NCBI RefSeq assembly: GCF_963921235.1
Contig: NC_086097.1
Location: forward strand, 224,442,001 to 224,506,000
Reading direction: 5' to 3'
DNA length: 64,000 bases
Source of the DNA: Mobula hypostoma
Lineage: Eukaryota
Under the pieces are notes generated by a model. It ran no database searches and had not been told where the DNA came from. It saw nothing but the letters and a program-made list of their open reading frames with translations. Below are positions 1-10,939 of the stretch, piece by piece (within the stretch, counting starts at the first letter, position 1; each line of letters starts with the position of its first letter). Both the position numbers and the translations under genes were made by a program.

Positions 1-29
1 CCTGGCCTCCACAGTTGCCTGTGGTAACA

Positions 30-600
30 ACACCGACCCCTGTGGAACACCACTAGTCACTTGCAGCCAACCAGAAAAGGACCCTTTTATTCCCACTCAC
101 TCCTCTTACCAATCAGCCAATACTCCAACCATGCCAGTAACTTTCCTGTAATACCATGGGCTCTTAACTTGGTAAGCAGCCTACGTATGGCACCTTGTCA
201 AAGGCCTTCTGAAAGTCTAAATATACAAAATCCACTGCATCCCCTACATGTAATCTCCTCAAAATTCTAACCATTTCATCAGGTAAGATCCTCCTTTAAG
301 GAAACCACATTGACTTTGTCCTATCTTGTCCTGTGTTACCAAGTACTCCATAACCTCATCCTTAGTAATTTGACTGCAGCAATCCACTGAGGTCAAGCTA
401 ACTGGTCTATAATTCCTTTCTGCTGCCTTCCTCCATTCTTAGAGGAGTGACATTTGCAATTTTCTAGTCCTCCGACACCATACCAGATTACAATGATTTT
501 TAAGATTATTACTAATGCCTCCACAATTTCTATGGCATTCCCTTTCAGAGCCCTTGGGTGCAGTTCATTTGTTCCAGGTGACTTTTGTACCCTCAGGTCT
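30..600 (-). mobile_element. CR1 LINE ORF2 (RT) fragment, decayed
   Basis: Reverse complement of gacccctgtggaacaccactagtcac encodes VTSGVPQGS, the CR1 RT motif; homologous to the CR1 at 62669-64000. Confidence 0.8.
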
Positions 601-786
601 TTCCTCCTCTAATAGATACTGCGTTACTTTCTTGAGGCAGCACCCTCTGCAAATTCTGCCAGTTTGTGTGAAGGGATGTGCTGAGCAGAGTCCACTGCAT
701 TCTGCAGCTTCATACATTCCTGCACCTTCGAATTACCATATGAAACCATGATGCTACCTATCTGGACACCTTCACCAGTAAACACA

Positions 787-902
787 AAGTCTGCAGATGC
801 TGGAAATCCAAAGCAATGCACATATGATGCTGGAGGAAGTCAACACGTTAGACAGCATCTATGGAAAGTTGACATTTCAAGCTGAGACCCTCCTTCAGGA
901 CT
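787..902 (-). mobile_element. Short Penelope-derived terminal repeat with degenerate hammerhead
   Basis: ctgcagatgctggaaatcc...gacatttcaagctgagaccctccttcaggact matches the reverse complement of the 3' terminus at 7086-7218. Confidence 0.75.
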
Positions 903-949
903 CCTACACATCTACGCACTTTCAACAATACATGTGTTCATGTCTATTA

Positions 950-1400
950 GAACGTTCAACATCAGACTGAACTTTCTTAACTTCCTAAAAGTAAAAATGT
1001 TGTCGCATTTACCTTGCTGGTGTCTATGAGCTGGGATCTGGACAGGTCATTGTCTAGGAAGTTAATATGCTGACTCCACTGCCAATCCCATAACTTACAC
1101 TGGCATGTTTCACATTCCTTCTTCCTAAAGTCAATAATCAACTCTTTAGTTTTGTTGATGTTGAGCAGAGGCTACTCTTCTAACATCGCTCAACCCAGTG
1201 TCCTATCTCACTCCGGCAAGCTGACTCATTGCCACCTGTGATTTGGGAAAGACTTGCAATGTTTTTGTGGGTAAGCACTCATCCACACATATCCTTATGA
1301 AGTTGGTGATGACTGAGGTCCACTGACAAATCCTTGGACAGGTCCCAGTCCACTGACTCAAAGCAATCCAAAATTCACTCTTCCACCTGTGCTATCTAGC
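950..1400 (-). mobile_element. Old Rex1/Babar-like LINE fragment
   Basis: Reverse complement of ctctttagttttgttgatgttgag encodes LNINKTKE, a Rex RT C-terminal motif. Confidence 0.55.
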
Positions 1401-1799
1401 TCTCTGTAGCCCTTTTCACTGGTGCCATGGTCTTCAGTCTTTTTCTGTACACAGGCAGAGGAGGCTCAATTTACCAAATTGAGGATTGGAGCTGTAGGCA
1501 TTCTTGATGGTGGTTTGGCAGTACTTGAGTGTGTTAAGTCCTCTAGTTTTGCAGGTGATGTGTTGATGATAGTTCAGCAGAGACTTCAGGGTAGCCTGCC
1601 TAAAGTGTACCACCACGATGCTGTAGGCATCATTCTTGTTGATGACAGCTTTGATTCCTTAAGTACAAGCTTATTGACTGCCTGAGCTGAGATGTGGACT
1701 GCAGTCAGAATGATGGTGGAGAACTTCCACAAAGTAAAATGCTGGCACTTTACTGCCATGTGTTCTAGGTTGGCTGAGCAGAAATAGGACAATGCCACC

Positions 1800-2200
1800 A
1801 AATCTACACCGCAATGAATTTATCACAGAGCAGATGCCACCACCTCTTTTACCCAGCCTCAGGAAATCCCTGCAGATGTTCATCGGGCCAGAGACCTGCG
1901 ATGAGCCTCTTCAGCACCTTCCTTCCATCAGAAAGTCAGAAGGTTTACTGATGATTGCACAATATTTGATTCCATCTGCAACTCTTCAACAAATGAAGCA
2001 GTTTATCGCTGTTTGCAGCAAGACCAAGGGATAATAGGTGGGTCTGTGTCATAAGTGTATCAGACAACAACCAGCTTACCACCTACTCTTTATTACCGTT
2101 GAAGAGTGTCCCAGCATCAATATTCTGAGGGCCTTCATTGACCAGTAATTCAACTAAATCAGCCAGATTGAAGTAACAGCAGAAATATTTTTGCTTGATC
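1800..2200 (+). mobile_element. Ancient CR1/L2-group LINE RT remnant, probably continuing near 7700-7990 after the Gypsy insertion
   Basis: tttactgatgattgcacaatattt = FTDDCTIF (FADD-like); heavily decayed. Confidence 0.4.
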
Positions 2201-2358
2201 AGAAGACTTTGCATCCTCAGCTAGACCCATAAGATTTTGCAGTTGCTGGAAATCTAGAGAAACACATACACAATGCTGGAGGAACTCAGCAGATCCAGCT
2301 ACTTCAAAACATCAGCATTTGGTATGTGTTGCATCCTCATCTAAATTTGGATATTAAG

Positions 2359-2930
2359 TGTAACCCTTGGGTTCAACCAGCACATGCTTGATCAGGGGAA
2401 GACGGCCTCTGGCCCAGCCAAAGTGTGAAATTTTGTTTGTGGATGCTGCATGATGTGTTGCCCAGTTACAAATCCAAACTGCAATATATCAGACACTACA
2501 CTGTATGCAATTAGATGAATGAACTTTATAAATCTTAATCTGACTATAGGGTTAGTAAAGAAAATAAAAAGAAAAAAGGGCCCATTTTAATGACAGTCTA
2601 AAGTGCATGTTGGAGCTCACTATTTTGTCCAGTCATTTCCCATCTACCTCTGAGTGTTGCCAACCTTCAGACCCTTGCTCCCTCGCTTTGAGTCCACTCT
2701 GTCTGGTGGTCTACCAACTCTCTCCACTTGCGTCTTCTCTCTTCATCTCTCACCGACAAAAGACTGCAAAATCCTTGCTCCCAGACCCACAAAGAACAAC
2801 ATGCCTCTCATTGGTTAACATACATCCCAAAGGCCCAGTTATCTCTAGTCATAACCCAGACATTGCTGCTACAGAGAAATCATTACCTTAGCAGTGAAAC
2901 ATTATAAAGAAACTATTACATTAGCAGTGA
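2359..2930 (-). repeat. Gypsy 3' LTR (inner end eroded)
   Basis: Direct repeat of 5547-5780 plus 7229-7570. Confidence 0.9.
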
Positions 2931-3560
2931 CACCTCTTACTATGTGTGGGCTCCAAGTCGGGCTCTGGGTCTACCAGCACCTCTTGTCCTGGGGCAGCAG
3001 GTGGTTCTGATGGAGAATATTGACAGGCCCATTCCTATCTTCTAGTTTTCTGGGTGAAACTGTGGGTCAACTGTTTAAGAAAAATAACCAGATGGCTTGA
3101 GTCACAAAAATAAATTCAGGTGCTTTACCTCAAAACAAGACAAAAATGGGGGGGGGGGGGGGGGGAAACAAAATATATATTTTGTTTTGTATGTTAGCCA
3201 CGCTCAGACTAAACACAAAAGAAAACTAACCCCAAAGCCTTGGTAACCTGAGGCTGATAACTGCTAAGCCCCACCAAAAGCTAATTAACTCAATTATCCA
3301 ATTAAAGATGGTATCCTCCACCATCAGCACACCTGTGCAGGTTGCTGCTGCCTCTGAGACAGCTCCATGCAGCAGCTCTGGTTCAGACTCAGTCACTATT
3401 ACAGCTGGGGATGAGTGTTTTACTGAGTGCACCATGTGCCGTCCGTAGTCAGTGACGGGCCTTCGTCACAACCACAAGATTTAGCTGCCCAGCAGTCCGC
3501 CAATTTGTGTTTCCCAGGTAGCCCTAAATTCCTAATGATGACCCAGTCTCCCAGTAAGAG

Positions 3561-4010
3561 TTAGGAGAACCTCACCTTTTGATCATACCACCTCTTATTT
3601 CCTTGATTCTGCCTGGCAGCCATGACCCCAGCTAATTCGTAAGCCCTTTTCTGCTCTATTTTCATGTCAGACATATACTTCAGATAAGTCTTCAGTGGTA
3701 GGCCATGCTCATCAGTCCCAAAACAAAGCTCAATAGGCAACCTTGCCTTGTGCCCAAACATTAGATAATATAGTGAGTATCCAGCAGCTTCATTTAGAGT
3801 ACAGTTGTAACTGTGAACCAGATGTCCAATATGTTGACTCCACCTGATCTTGCTGATTTCCAAGGACCTGAGAATGTCTAACAAGATCCGATTAAACCTC
3901 TCAGACTGGGGATCACCCTGAAGGTGATAGGGCGTGGTCCTCGACTTCTTGACTCCAAGCATACCCTGCAACTCATAGATGAGTCTGCTCTCAAAGTGTC
4001 TTTCAATTTC
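3561..4010 (-). pseudogene. Gypsy integrase (rve core, C-terminal part)
   Basis: FESRLIYEL...KKSRTTPYHLQGDPQSERFNRILLDIL...HSYN...SLYYLMFG..ARLP, typical of Gypsy integrase. Confidence 0.9.
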
Positions 4011-4132
4011 GGGGGTTCCTTGATATATTGCTAGGGACGTGTTCCCCCAGAAACTCCAGGCCATTCCCTCATTGGGTCTTCCCTAAGTTTCCCAACACCT
4101 CTCCCTGCTTAGGTACCTGGGAGCTCACTCAC

Positions 4133-5339
4133 CTAGGGGTTTCCCTGCCGCTCACACTCCTGCCTGAAGTGTCCCTCTTCACCACAGTTATAGCAGATGA
4201 TAGCAGCCACTTCCCCCCTCTCACAGAACCCTGGCCACCCGTGGCCCTCTGCATAGTCCATCCCCCTCTCTATAAGTCCTATCATACGGGGGGGTCCCCA
4301 CCTACCCACTGTTAACACCTGGGACATCTTAGTTCTCAGCTCTCCCACCATCTCCTTTACCATCCCTCAGGTTGGGCTAGTTGTGGTCACTTCACCACAA
4401 GAGGCTACTACTGAGGACTGTACCCTGCTGATGGAGCCCTCTTGTGCCTCCAATACGTTCGCCTCCTCCCGTACCTCTCTAATGAGCTCATCAAAGGAGT
4501 GACAGAGGCACGTCTTACAGGACTGTTGGTGACCTCAAGCAATCAGGTCTTGGGACTGGGTGCTATTGGCTATCTAGTCCATTCTTAATCTATCCATCTC
4601 TGCCGCCTGAATGACTCCCCGATGCCACGAACAATTCAGCTGTCTCTCTAGCCAAAAAATGTAGGCGGAAAGCTTCTCTTGACATGTTCTGAAATCTCTC
4701 CATGAGCTCTTGCGGGCTCCCTGTCGTACCAAAAGTGCTGTACCAAAAGAGTTGGTGTGTTTTCACAGCTCTCACCACATCAGTGGCCAACCGCTTCAAA
4801 CTTTCAACCACTCTCTTTACATCATCAGAGCACTGCCAATCATCCAACAGCTGAGAGGTCTGCTCTGGCAAGTCTCATACTCCTCTTCCCCCTCGGCACT
4901 GGGTGTTCCTTCGGAGAATATTCTTAATTTCCGGTGGGGACCCTCTTGCCTGTGCACTGAGCCACTTACTTGCCAGAGAGTTAAGGGCTGATGCCAGCTC
5001 AGGACTCTTACTTTTCACTGGGGGACGGGGAATTATTAGACGTTCCAAATCCGACCACTCCTTCTCATTCCTCAAAAAGGATACAACCCTGTCTTTGAAG
5101 TCTCTGCCCCCAGCTATGGGAAACTCAGATTGTGACTTGGCCTGCTCTGCTACTTTCTCCACTTCCCTGACAATATGGACAGGCCATGGCGCCGCCTCAC
5201 CTGGGGCACAGATAGTAGCGGGCAGTTCCACGTCCATTATGTCAGCACTAGTCTGAACTAAAACAAGTTCTGAGCCCACCATTTTATCAAACCTTCGTAC
5301 TACAACCTCAACTTTGCCAACAGCTTTAACAGTACTCAA
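4133..5339 (-). pseudogene. PNMA-like Gypsy gag with CCHC zinc knuckle, frameshifted
   Basis: Across frames: LRIFSEGTPSAEGEEEYET.PEQTSQLLDDWQCSDDVKRVVESLK (PNMA-type capsid motif) and CYNCGEEGHFRQEC. Confidence 0.85.
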
Positions 5340-5524
5340 AATTGAGTTAACAATTCATCCAGAGTGCAAATATCCACCCAACTTAACATGCACCCATTAG
5401 TTATCAGCAACCCCATAGAGGTACACCACCACCTCACCCTGGCAGCATTCATCCCAGTACAGACTTAAATACACAGCCCATTGGTTCAATGCTCAGGGCA
5501 ATCACACAGCATCGAACAGAATCA

Positions 5525-5542
5525 ATCACGGATGAGCCCCCA
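5525..5542 (-). promoter_or_regulatory. Primer binding site, tRNA-Pro type
   Basis: TGGGGGCTCATCCGTGAT, 2 mismatches to the tRNA-Pro PBS TGGGGGCTCGTCCGGGAT, 4 nt inside the 5' LTR. Confidence 0.85.
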
Positions 5543-5780
5543 CAATTGTAACCCTTAGGTTTGGCCAGCACGTGTTTGTCTAGGGGAAGGTATCCTCTGG
5601 CCCAGCCAAAGGGAGAAATCTCTTTTGTGTGGATGTTGCGTGAAGTGTTGCCTGGTTACAAATCCGAACCACAAAATATCAGACAGTACATCATATGCAA
5701 TTAAACAAGTGAACTTTATAAATCTTAATCTGACTATAGGGTTCATAAACGTAATAAATTGAAAAAAAGACCCATTTTAA

Positions 5781-7218
5781 CTTTATTAACTTTGCCTCCA
5801 ACTTTCACCCTGCCCTCAAGTTTACCTGGTCCATTTCCGACACCTCCCTCCCCTTTCTAGATCTTTCTGTCTCTGTCTCTGGAGACAGCTTATCCGCTGA
5901 TGTCTACTATAAGCCTACTGACTCTCACGGCTATCTGGACTATTCCTCTTCTCACCCTGTCTCTTGCAAAAACGCCATCCCCTTCTCGCAATTCCTCCGT
6001 CTCTGCCGCATCTGCTCTCAGGATGAGGCTTTTCATTCTAGGACGAGGGAGATGTCTTCCTTTTTTAAAGAAAGGGGCTTCCCTTCCTCCACTATCAACT
6101 ATGCTTTTAAACGCATCTCCCCCATTTCACGTACATCTGCTCTCACTCCATCCTCCCACCACCCCACTAGGAATAGGGTTCCCCTGGTCCTCACCTACCA
6201 CCCCACCAGCCTCCGGGTCCAACATATTGTTCTCCGTAACTTCCGCCACCTCCAACGGGATCCCACCAATAAGCACATCTTTCCCTCCTCCCCCCCTCTC
6301 TCTGCATTCCGCAGGGATCGCTCTCTACACAACTCCCTTGTCCATTCGTGTCCCCCCCCATCCCTCCCCACTGATCTCCCTCCTGGCACTTATCCGTGTA
6401 AGCGGAACAAGTGCTACACATGCTCTTACACTTCCTCCCTTACCACCATTCAGGGCCCCAAACAGTCCTTCCAGGTGAGGCATCACTTCACCTGTGAGTC
6501 GACTGGGGTGATATACTGCGTCCGGTGCTCCCGATGTGGCCTTTTATATATTGGTGAGACCCGACGCAGACTACATCTACGCTCTGTCTGCCAGAGAAAG
6601 CAGGATCTCCCAGTGGCCACACATTTTAATTCCACATCCTATTCCCATTCTGAAATGTCTATCCACGGCCTCCTCTACTGTAAAGATGAAGCCACACTCA
6701 GGTTGGAGGAACAACACCTTATATTCTGTCTGGGTAGCCTCCAACCTGATGGCATGAACATCGACTTCTCTAACTTCTGCTAAGGCCCCTCCTCCCCCTC
6801 GTACCCCATCTGTTACTCATTTTTATGCACACATTCTTTCTCTCACTCTCCTTTTTCTCCCTCTGTCCCTCTGAATATACCTCTTGGCCATCCTCTGGGT
6901 CACCCCCCCCCCCTGTCTTTCTTCCCGGACCTCCTGTCCCATGATCCTCTCGTATCCCCTTTTGCCTATCACCTGTCCAGCTCTCGGCTCTATCCCTCCC
7001 CCTCCTGTCTTCTCCTATCATTTTGCATCTCCCCCTCCCCCTCCAGCTCCAGCTTTCAAATCCCTTACTCACTCTTCCTTCAGTTAGTCCTGACGAAGGG
7101 TCTCGGCCTGAAACGTCGACTGCGCCTCTTCCTATAGATGCTGCTTGGCCTGTTGCGTTCACCAGCAACTTTGATGTATGTTGCTTGAATTTCCAGCATC
7201 TGCAGAATTCCTGTTGTT
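5781..7218 (+). mobile_element. Penelope-like element (Neptune-type), 5'-truncated: RT thumb, Cys linker, GIY-YIG endonuclease, 3' terminal repeat
   Basis: ORF 6052-6783 has CKRNKCYTC and GVIYCVRCSRCGLLYIGET; upstream frame has DVYYKPTDSHGYLDYSSSHP; 10-bp TSD CCCATTTTAA at 5771-5780 and 7219-7228. Confidence 0.95.
7086..7121 (+). ncRNA. Minimal hammerhead ribozyme motif (intact core)
   Basis: AGTC-CTGACGA-AGGgtctcggCCT-GAAA-CGTC^GACT: stem I agtc/gact, conserved core, palindromic ACGT in place of stem III. Confidence 0.85.
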
Positions 7219-7999
7219 CCCATTTTAATGAAACAGTCTAATGTCCATGGTGGAGCTCACTATTTTGTCCAGTCATTTCCCACCCACCCACCTCCGAACG
7301 TCACTGACCTTCGGACCCTCGCTCCGAGTCCACTCTGTCTGGTAGTCTACTAACTCTCTCCACTCACATCTTCTCTCTTCATCTCTCGCCGACAAAAGAC
7401 CATGAAATCCCTGCTCCCAGACCCACAAGAAAGAACAACATGTCTCTCATGGGCTAACATACATTCCAAAGTACCCGTTATCTCTAGTCATAACCTAAAC
7501 ATTGCTGCTACAGAGAAACCATTACCTTAGCAGTGAAACATTACAGAGAGGCTATTACATTAGCAGTAAAGCCTTACAGAGGGTTCCATAAGTGTATTTA
7601 CAACTGATTTAATATGTCTAATGTTAGAGTGTTCACACATAGTTCACTCTGATGAACTGTCCCAATTAGTATGCTGCAGCGATAAAAGCAGATCACAGCC
7701 TGGGTCTCCTGTCATGATTTACTCATCTCCCGAGACCTCAAGATCCTTGAATCATCTAAAATGAACAAACCTGGAGCATAATAGAAAGCTCTCCACTTGC
7801 TTCGATATTTGCATCCTCAGTAACTGAGAACAGCTCTGCAGCACCCAGGACAAAGCAGTTTGCTTGGTTGCCACTCCATTAACCTCCCTGAATATTAATT
7901 CTCTGTACCACCAATACACAGGGAATACAGTCTGTATCAACAATTAAATAGATTGATATTGTTTGCCAGAATAACTCAATGTTATCTCCCAAACCTGAT

Positions 8000-8235
8000 C
8001 AACACACAAAAAATGCTGGAAGAACTCAGCAGGCCAGGCAGCATCCATGGAAAAGAGTACAGTTACTGTTTCGGGCCAAGACCCTTCAGCCTTCCCAAAC
8101 CTGATGCAGAGCTCCAGCCCAAAATTCTACTGTTTATTTCCTTCCATAGATGTTTTGACCCCCAAAAATTCGACACTCTACTTTCCTCCATAGATGTTGC
8201 CTGACCTGCTGAGTTCATCTAACATTTTGCGTCTG
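8000..8235. mobile_element. Inverted pair of Penelope-derived termini
   Basis: 8000-8090 is minus-oriented and 8100-8235 plus-oriented relative to 7086-7218. Confidence 0.7.
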
Positions 8236-8508
8236 TAGGTAAAGTGATAATGGTCCCCTGGCTGAAGTGACCCGAACTAGGGTTCAGTCTTAATATAAGA
8301 GATTGTTCATTCAGGACTGAGATGAGGAGAACGTTCTTCAACCAGAAGATAGTGAAACTTTAAAGTTCCCTGAGATGTGGAAGCACAGTCACTGAGTAAA
8401 TTTGAGGCACAGACTGATAAACATCTGTATTTTAAAGGAGTTAAGGGGGATGGCATTGTTGAGGAAAATTGAGTTCTGTTAAAAGATCAGACATGATTTA
8501 TTGAAGTA

Positions 8509-8597
8509 ACACACACCAAATGCTGGAGGAACTCAGCAGGCCAGGCAGCATCTATGGAAAAGGATATAGTCGATGTTTAGGGCCAAGCCCCTTCATC
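8509..8597 (-). mobile_element. Short Penelope-derived terminus
   Basis: tgctggaggaactcagcaggccaggcagcatctatgg...agtcgatgtttagggccaagccccttcatc. Confidence 0.75.
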
Positions 8598-9221
8598 TGA
8601 TAGATCAGTCACAAGAGCCTGAGTGGGATTTCCTGTTTTTATTCTTCAGGTTGTAAGGTTCTTTATTAACTAGGAATTTTATAATTCATTAATAATATCA
8701 ATGCTGCATATTTAATATCAGTTAAAATATTCTTAGAGCATCAGAATGACCCACTGGAAAAATGGAAGCACTAATTACTGTTTTTAAAAAAATTTCATAG
8801 AAAGTCAATTCAACAGATTTATTTTATGCCCCAATTGCTTATAAGTGCAATGTACCCCAGGGTAGATCGTGCTAGTGGCTATTACTGGTGAAATTCATTG
8901 GGAAATTGGCCTAGGCACTTGAGCAAGCAGCGTGCCTTATTGGGTCTGCTGTTATCCTGGCATCAATTGTACATGTAGTGAATTACAGCGTGTACACCAT
9001 GTTCCCTGTGTTATTATCACAAATTGAACACACACGAAAACTGGGAGCATTTCAAACCAAGGTCAACCATGAAATATTCAACTAAAGGCTTTGCATTCTG
9101 AGATTGACGTCTTCCACACACCATTGAGCATTACAGTTTTGAATTCAGAACATTAGAACCTTATTGTGTGCTTAATATTTCAGCAGTATTTTTGTAATCT
9201 CCTATGTATAAATACGTGAAT

Positions 9222-9560
9222 TGGTGTACAAGATGATGAGAGGCATTGATCACGTGGATAGTCAGAAGCTTTTCCCCAGGGCACAGTTTTAAGGTGCTTG
9301 GAAGTAGGTACAGAGGAGATGTCAGGGGTAAGTTTTATACACAGAGAATGCTGAGTGCATGGAATGGGCTGCTGGTGATGGCGGAGGAGGCAGATACAAT
9401 AGGGTCTTTTAGGAGACTCCTGGATAAGTACATGGAGGTTAGAAAAATAGAGGGCTCTGGGTAACCCTAGGGAATTTCTGAAGTAGGTACGTGTTCAGCA
9501 CAGCTTTGTGGGCTGAAGGGCCTGTACTGAAAAACAGTAGTTTTTCTATGTTTCTATGTC
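9222..9560 (+). mobile_element. CR1 3' end fragment
   Basis: GHSFKVLGSRYRGDVRGKFYTQR..SAWNGL with (TTTCTATG)n tail. Confidence 0.85.
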
Positions 9561-10939
9561 ATGCTACCATGTGTTATGTGTGCACCTTGCTGAAGGTCAA
9601 CACAAACTAAGGCTTGCCTCATTTCAGATTCCCATACTTTATTGCATTTAGTTTTCTTATCTTTTGAAGTTACAAAACATAGCATTTATTACTGGCATTG
9701 CAACACTACTTTCTTCACTCCTTACTTCAGTTACATATGCTGATCTCATTGTGTGATGCTGTCACTTGTCGGAAATGATTGGATTGTGGCAGGGCATTGC
9801 CACACACATAGAAGATCACCACGTCTTTTCTCCTCTGATGAGTTTCCTCAACTCCATAGTAGTCCAGCTGATTTTAAGCCAAGGAAAGCACCCTTTCCAG
9901 CTCACAGCATGGAAGGGTGCAGCAACTGGGAACTTCTTACGCAGTTCCTTTTTACATGGCTCAGGTCCTTGTTTAGTGCTTGATTCTGGGCAAAAGTCAC
10001 CACAGTGCTGTTTTAAAGTACTTCATGATAATTTATGGGAATCCAACTTGTTATTAGCATTATTCATACAGTGAGAGTACAACTTATGGTCAGCTTTCCC
10101 CAATGAATATAAAGGAAACTTCATTTACGATAAATGGATGAATACAGTGTTACGTATTGCATTTTCCACAAGTATCAATTGTGTAAGTTGACTTATTTTT
10201 GATTTATTCAAGATTCAAGATTATTTAATGTTACTTCCTGAACACAAGTATAAAGGAGAATGAGATAATTGTTACTGCAGATCTGATGCAGCACAAAAAA
10301 AATCACAAAACATAAAGAACATAATAACAATAACAACAACAATAATAATAATAAAAATCCCATAATAAATATAAATACCTAAGATAGCTTATATACATAG
10401 ATTGACTGCATGTCCATAAGGTGACACTAGGCACAGACAATAAGGAGACTGACAGAAAATACTGTAATAAAGTATTTATAAATTTATAATACATTATAAA
10501 TTTATGCCAAACTTTCCATATTACCACAATCCTGTGTTTCTATAACTAGGTTGAGTAGAAGTCCCCTGCCAATGAAACAAAGTTTAGTATTAGTCAGCTT
10601 TGTTGGCCTTATAAAATTTTTAATCAGGGTTTGTTCCAGCATTCTGATTCAGTTGATAACTGACCATGAGAATAACTTAGTGGAAGTTGAGATCAGCCCA
10701 TCTCCTGTGGTTTCCTGTATTGAATGCTTTGACATCAGCAGGCATTAAAGGAGGGAGAGGAGCTCGTAGACCCGGAAAGCAGCCTCAAGTTTTGTAGACC
10801 TTAAAGGTACACTCTCTGAATGCAAGACCAGCCCTCAAACTGAAATGGGCAGAAATGGAAGAAGAAATCCTATAAAAAATTAACTGATTTCATGCTTATC
10901 ACATCAGTAAAGACTTAAGAACCAAAGCAAGACATCTAG

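Larger units (their letters stand above)
2359..7588 (-). mobile_element. Gypsy/Ty3 LTR retrotransposon, internally deleted
   Basis: Two homologous LTRs; termini TGTAACCCT...AGGGTT(C)CA; 4-bp TSD TAAG (2355-2358 and 7589-7592); PBS, gag and integrase on the minus strand. Confidence 0.93.
5547..7588 (-). repeat. Gypsy 5' LTR, split by a Penelope insertion (LTR parts 5547-5780 and 7219-7588)
   Basis: The joined halves align with 2359-2930. Confidence 0.9.

Noticed and set aside
6770..7241. Recurrent short ORFs such as MLVNATGQAASIGRGAVDVSGRDPSSG (also 24107 and 35847)
   Set aside because: They are antisense or alternative readings of the Penelope non-coding terminus; similarity reflects repeat identity
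9730..10850. Non-repetitive-looking islands with some minus-strand splice-like signals
   Set aside because: No consistent reading frame or recognisable product could be assembled; may be UTR or regulatory DNA
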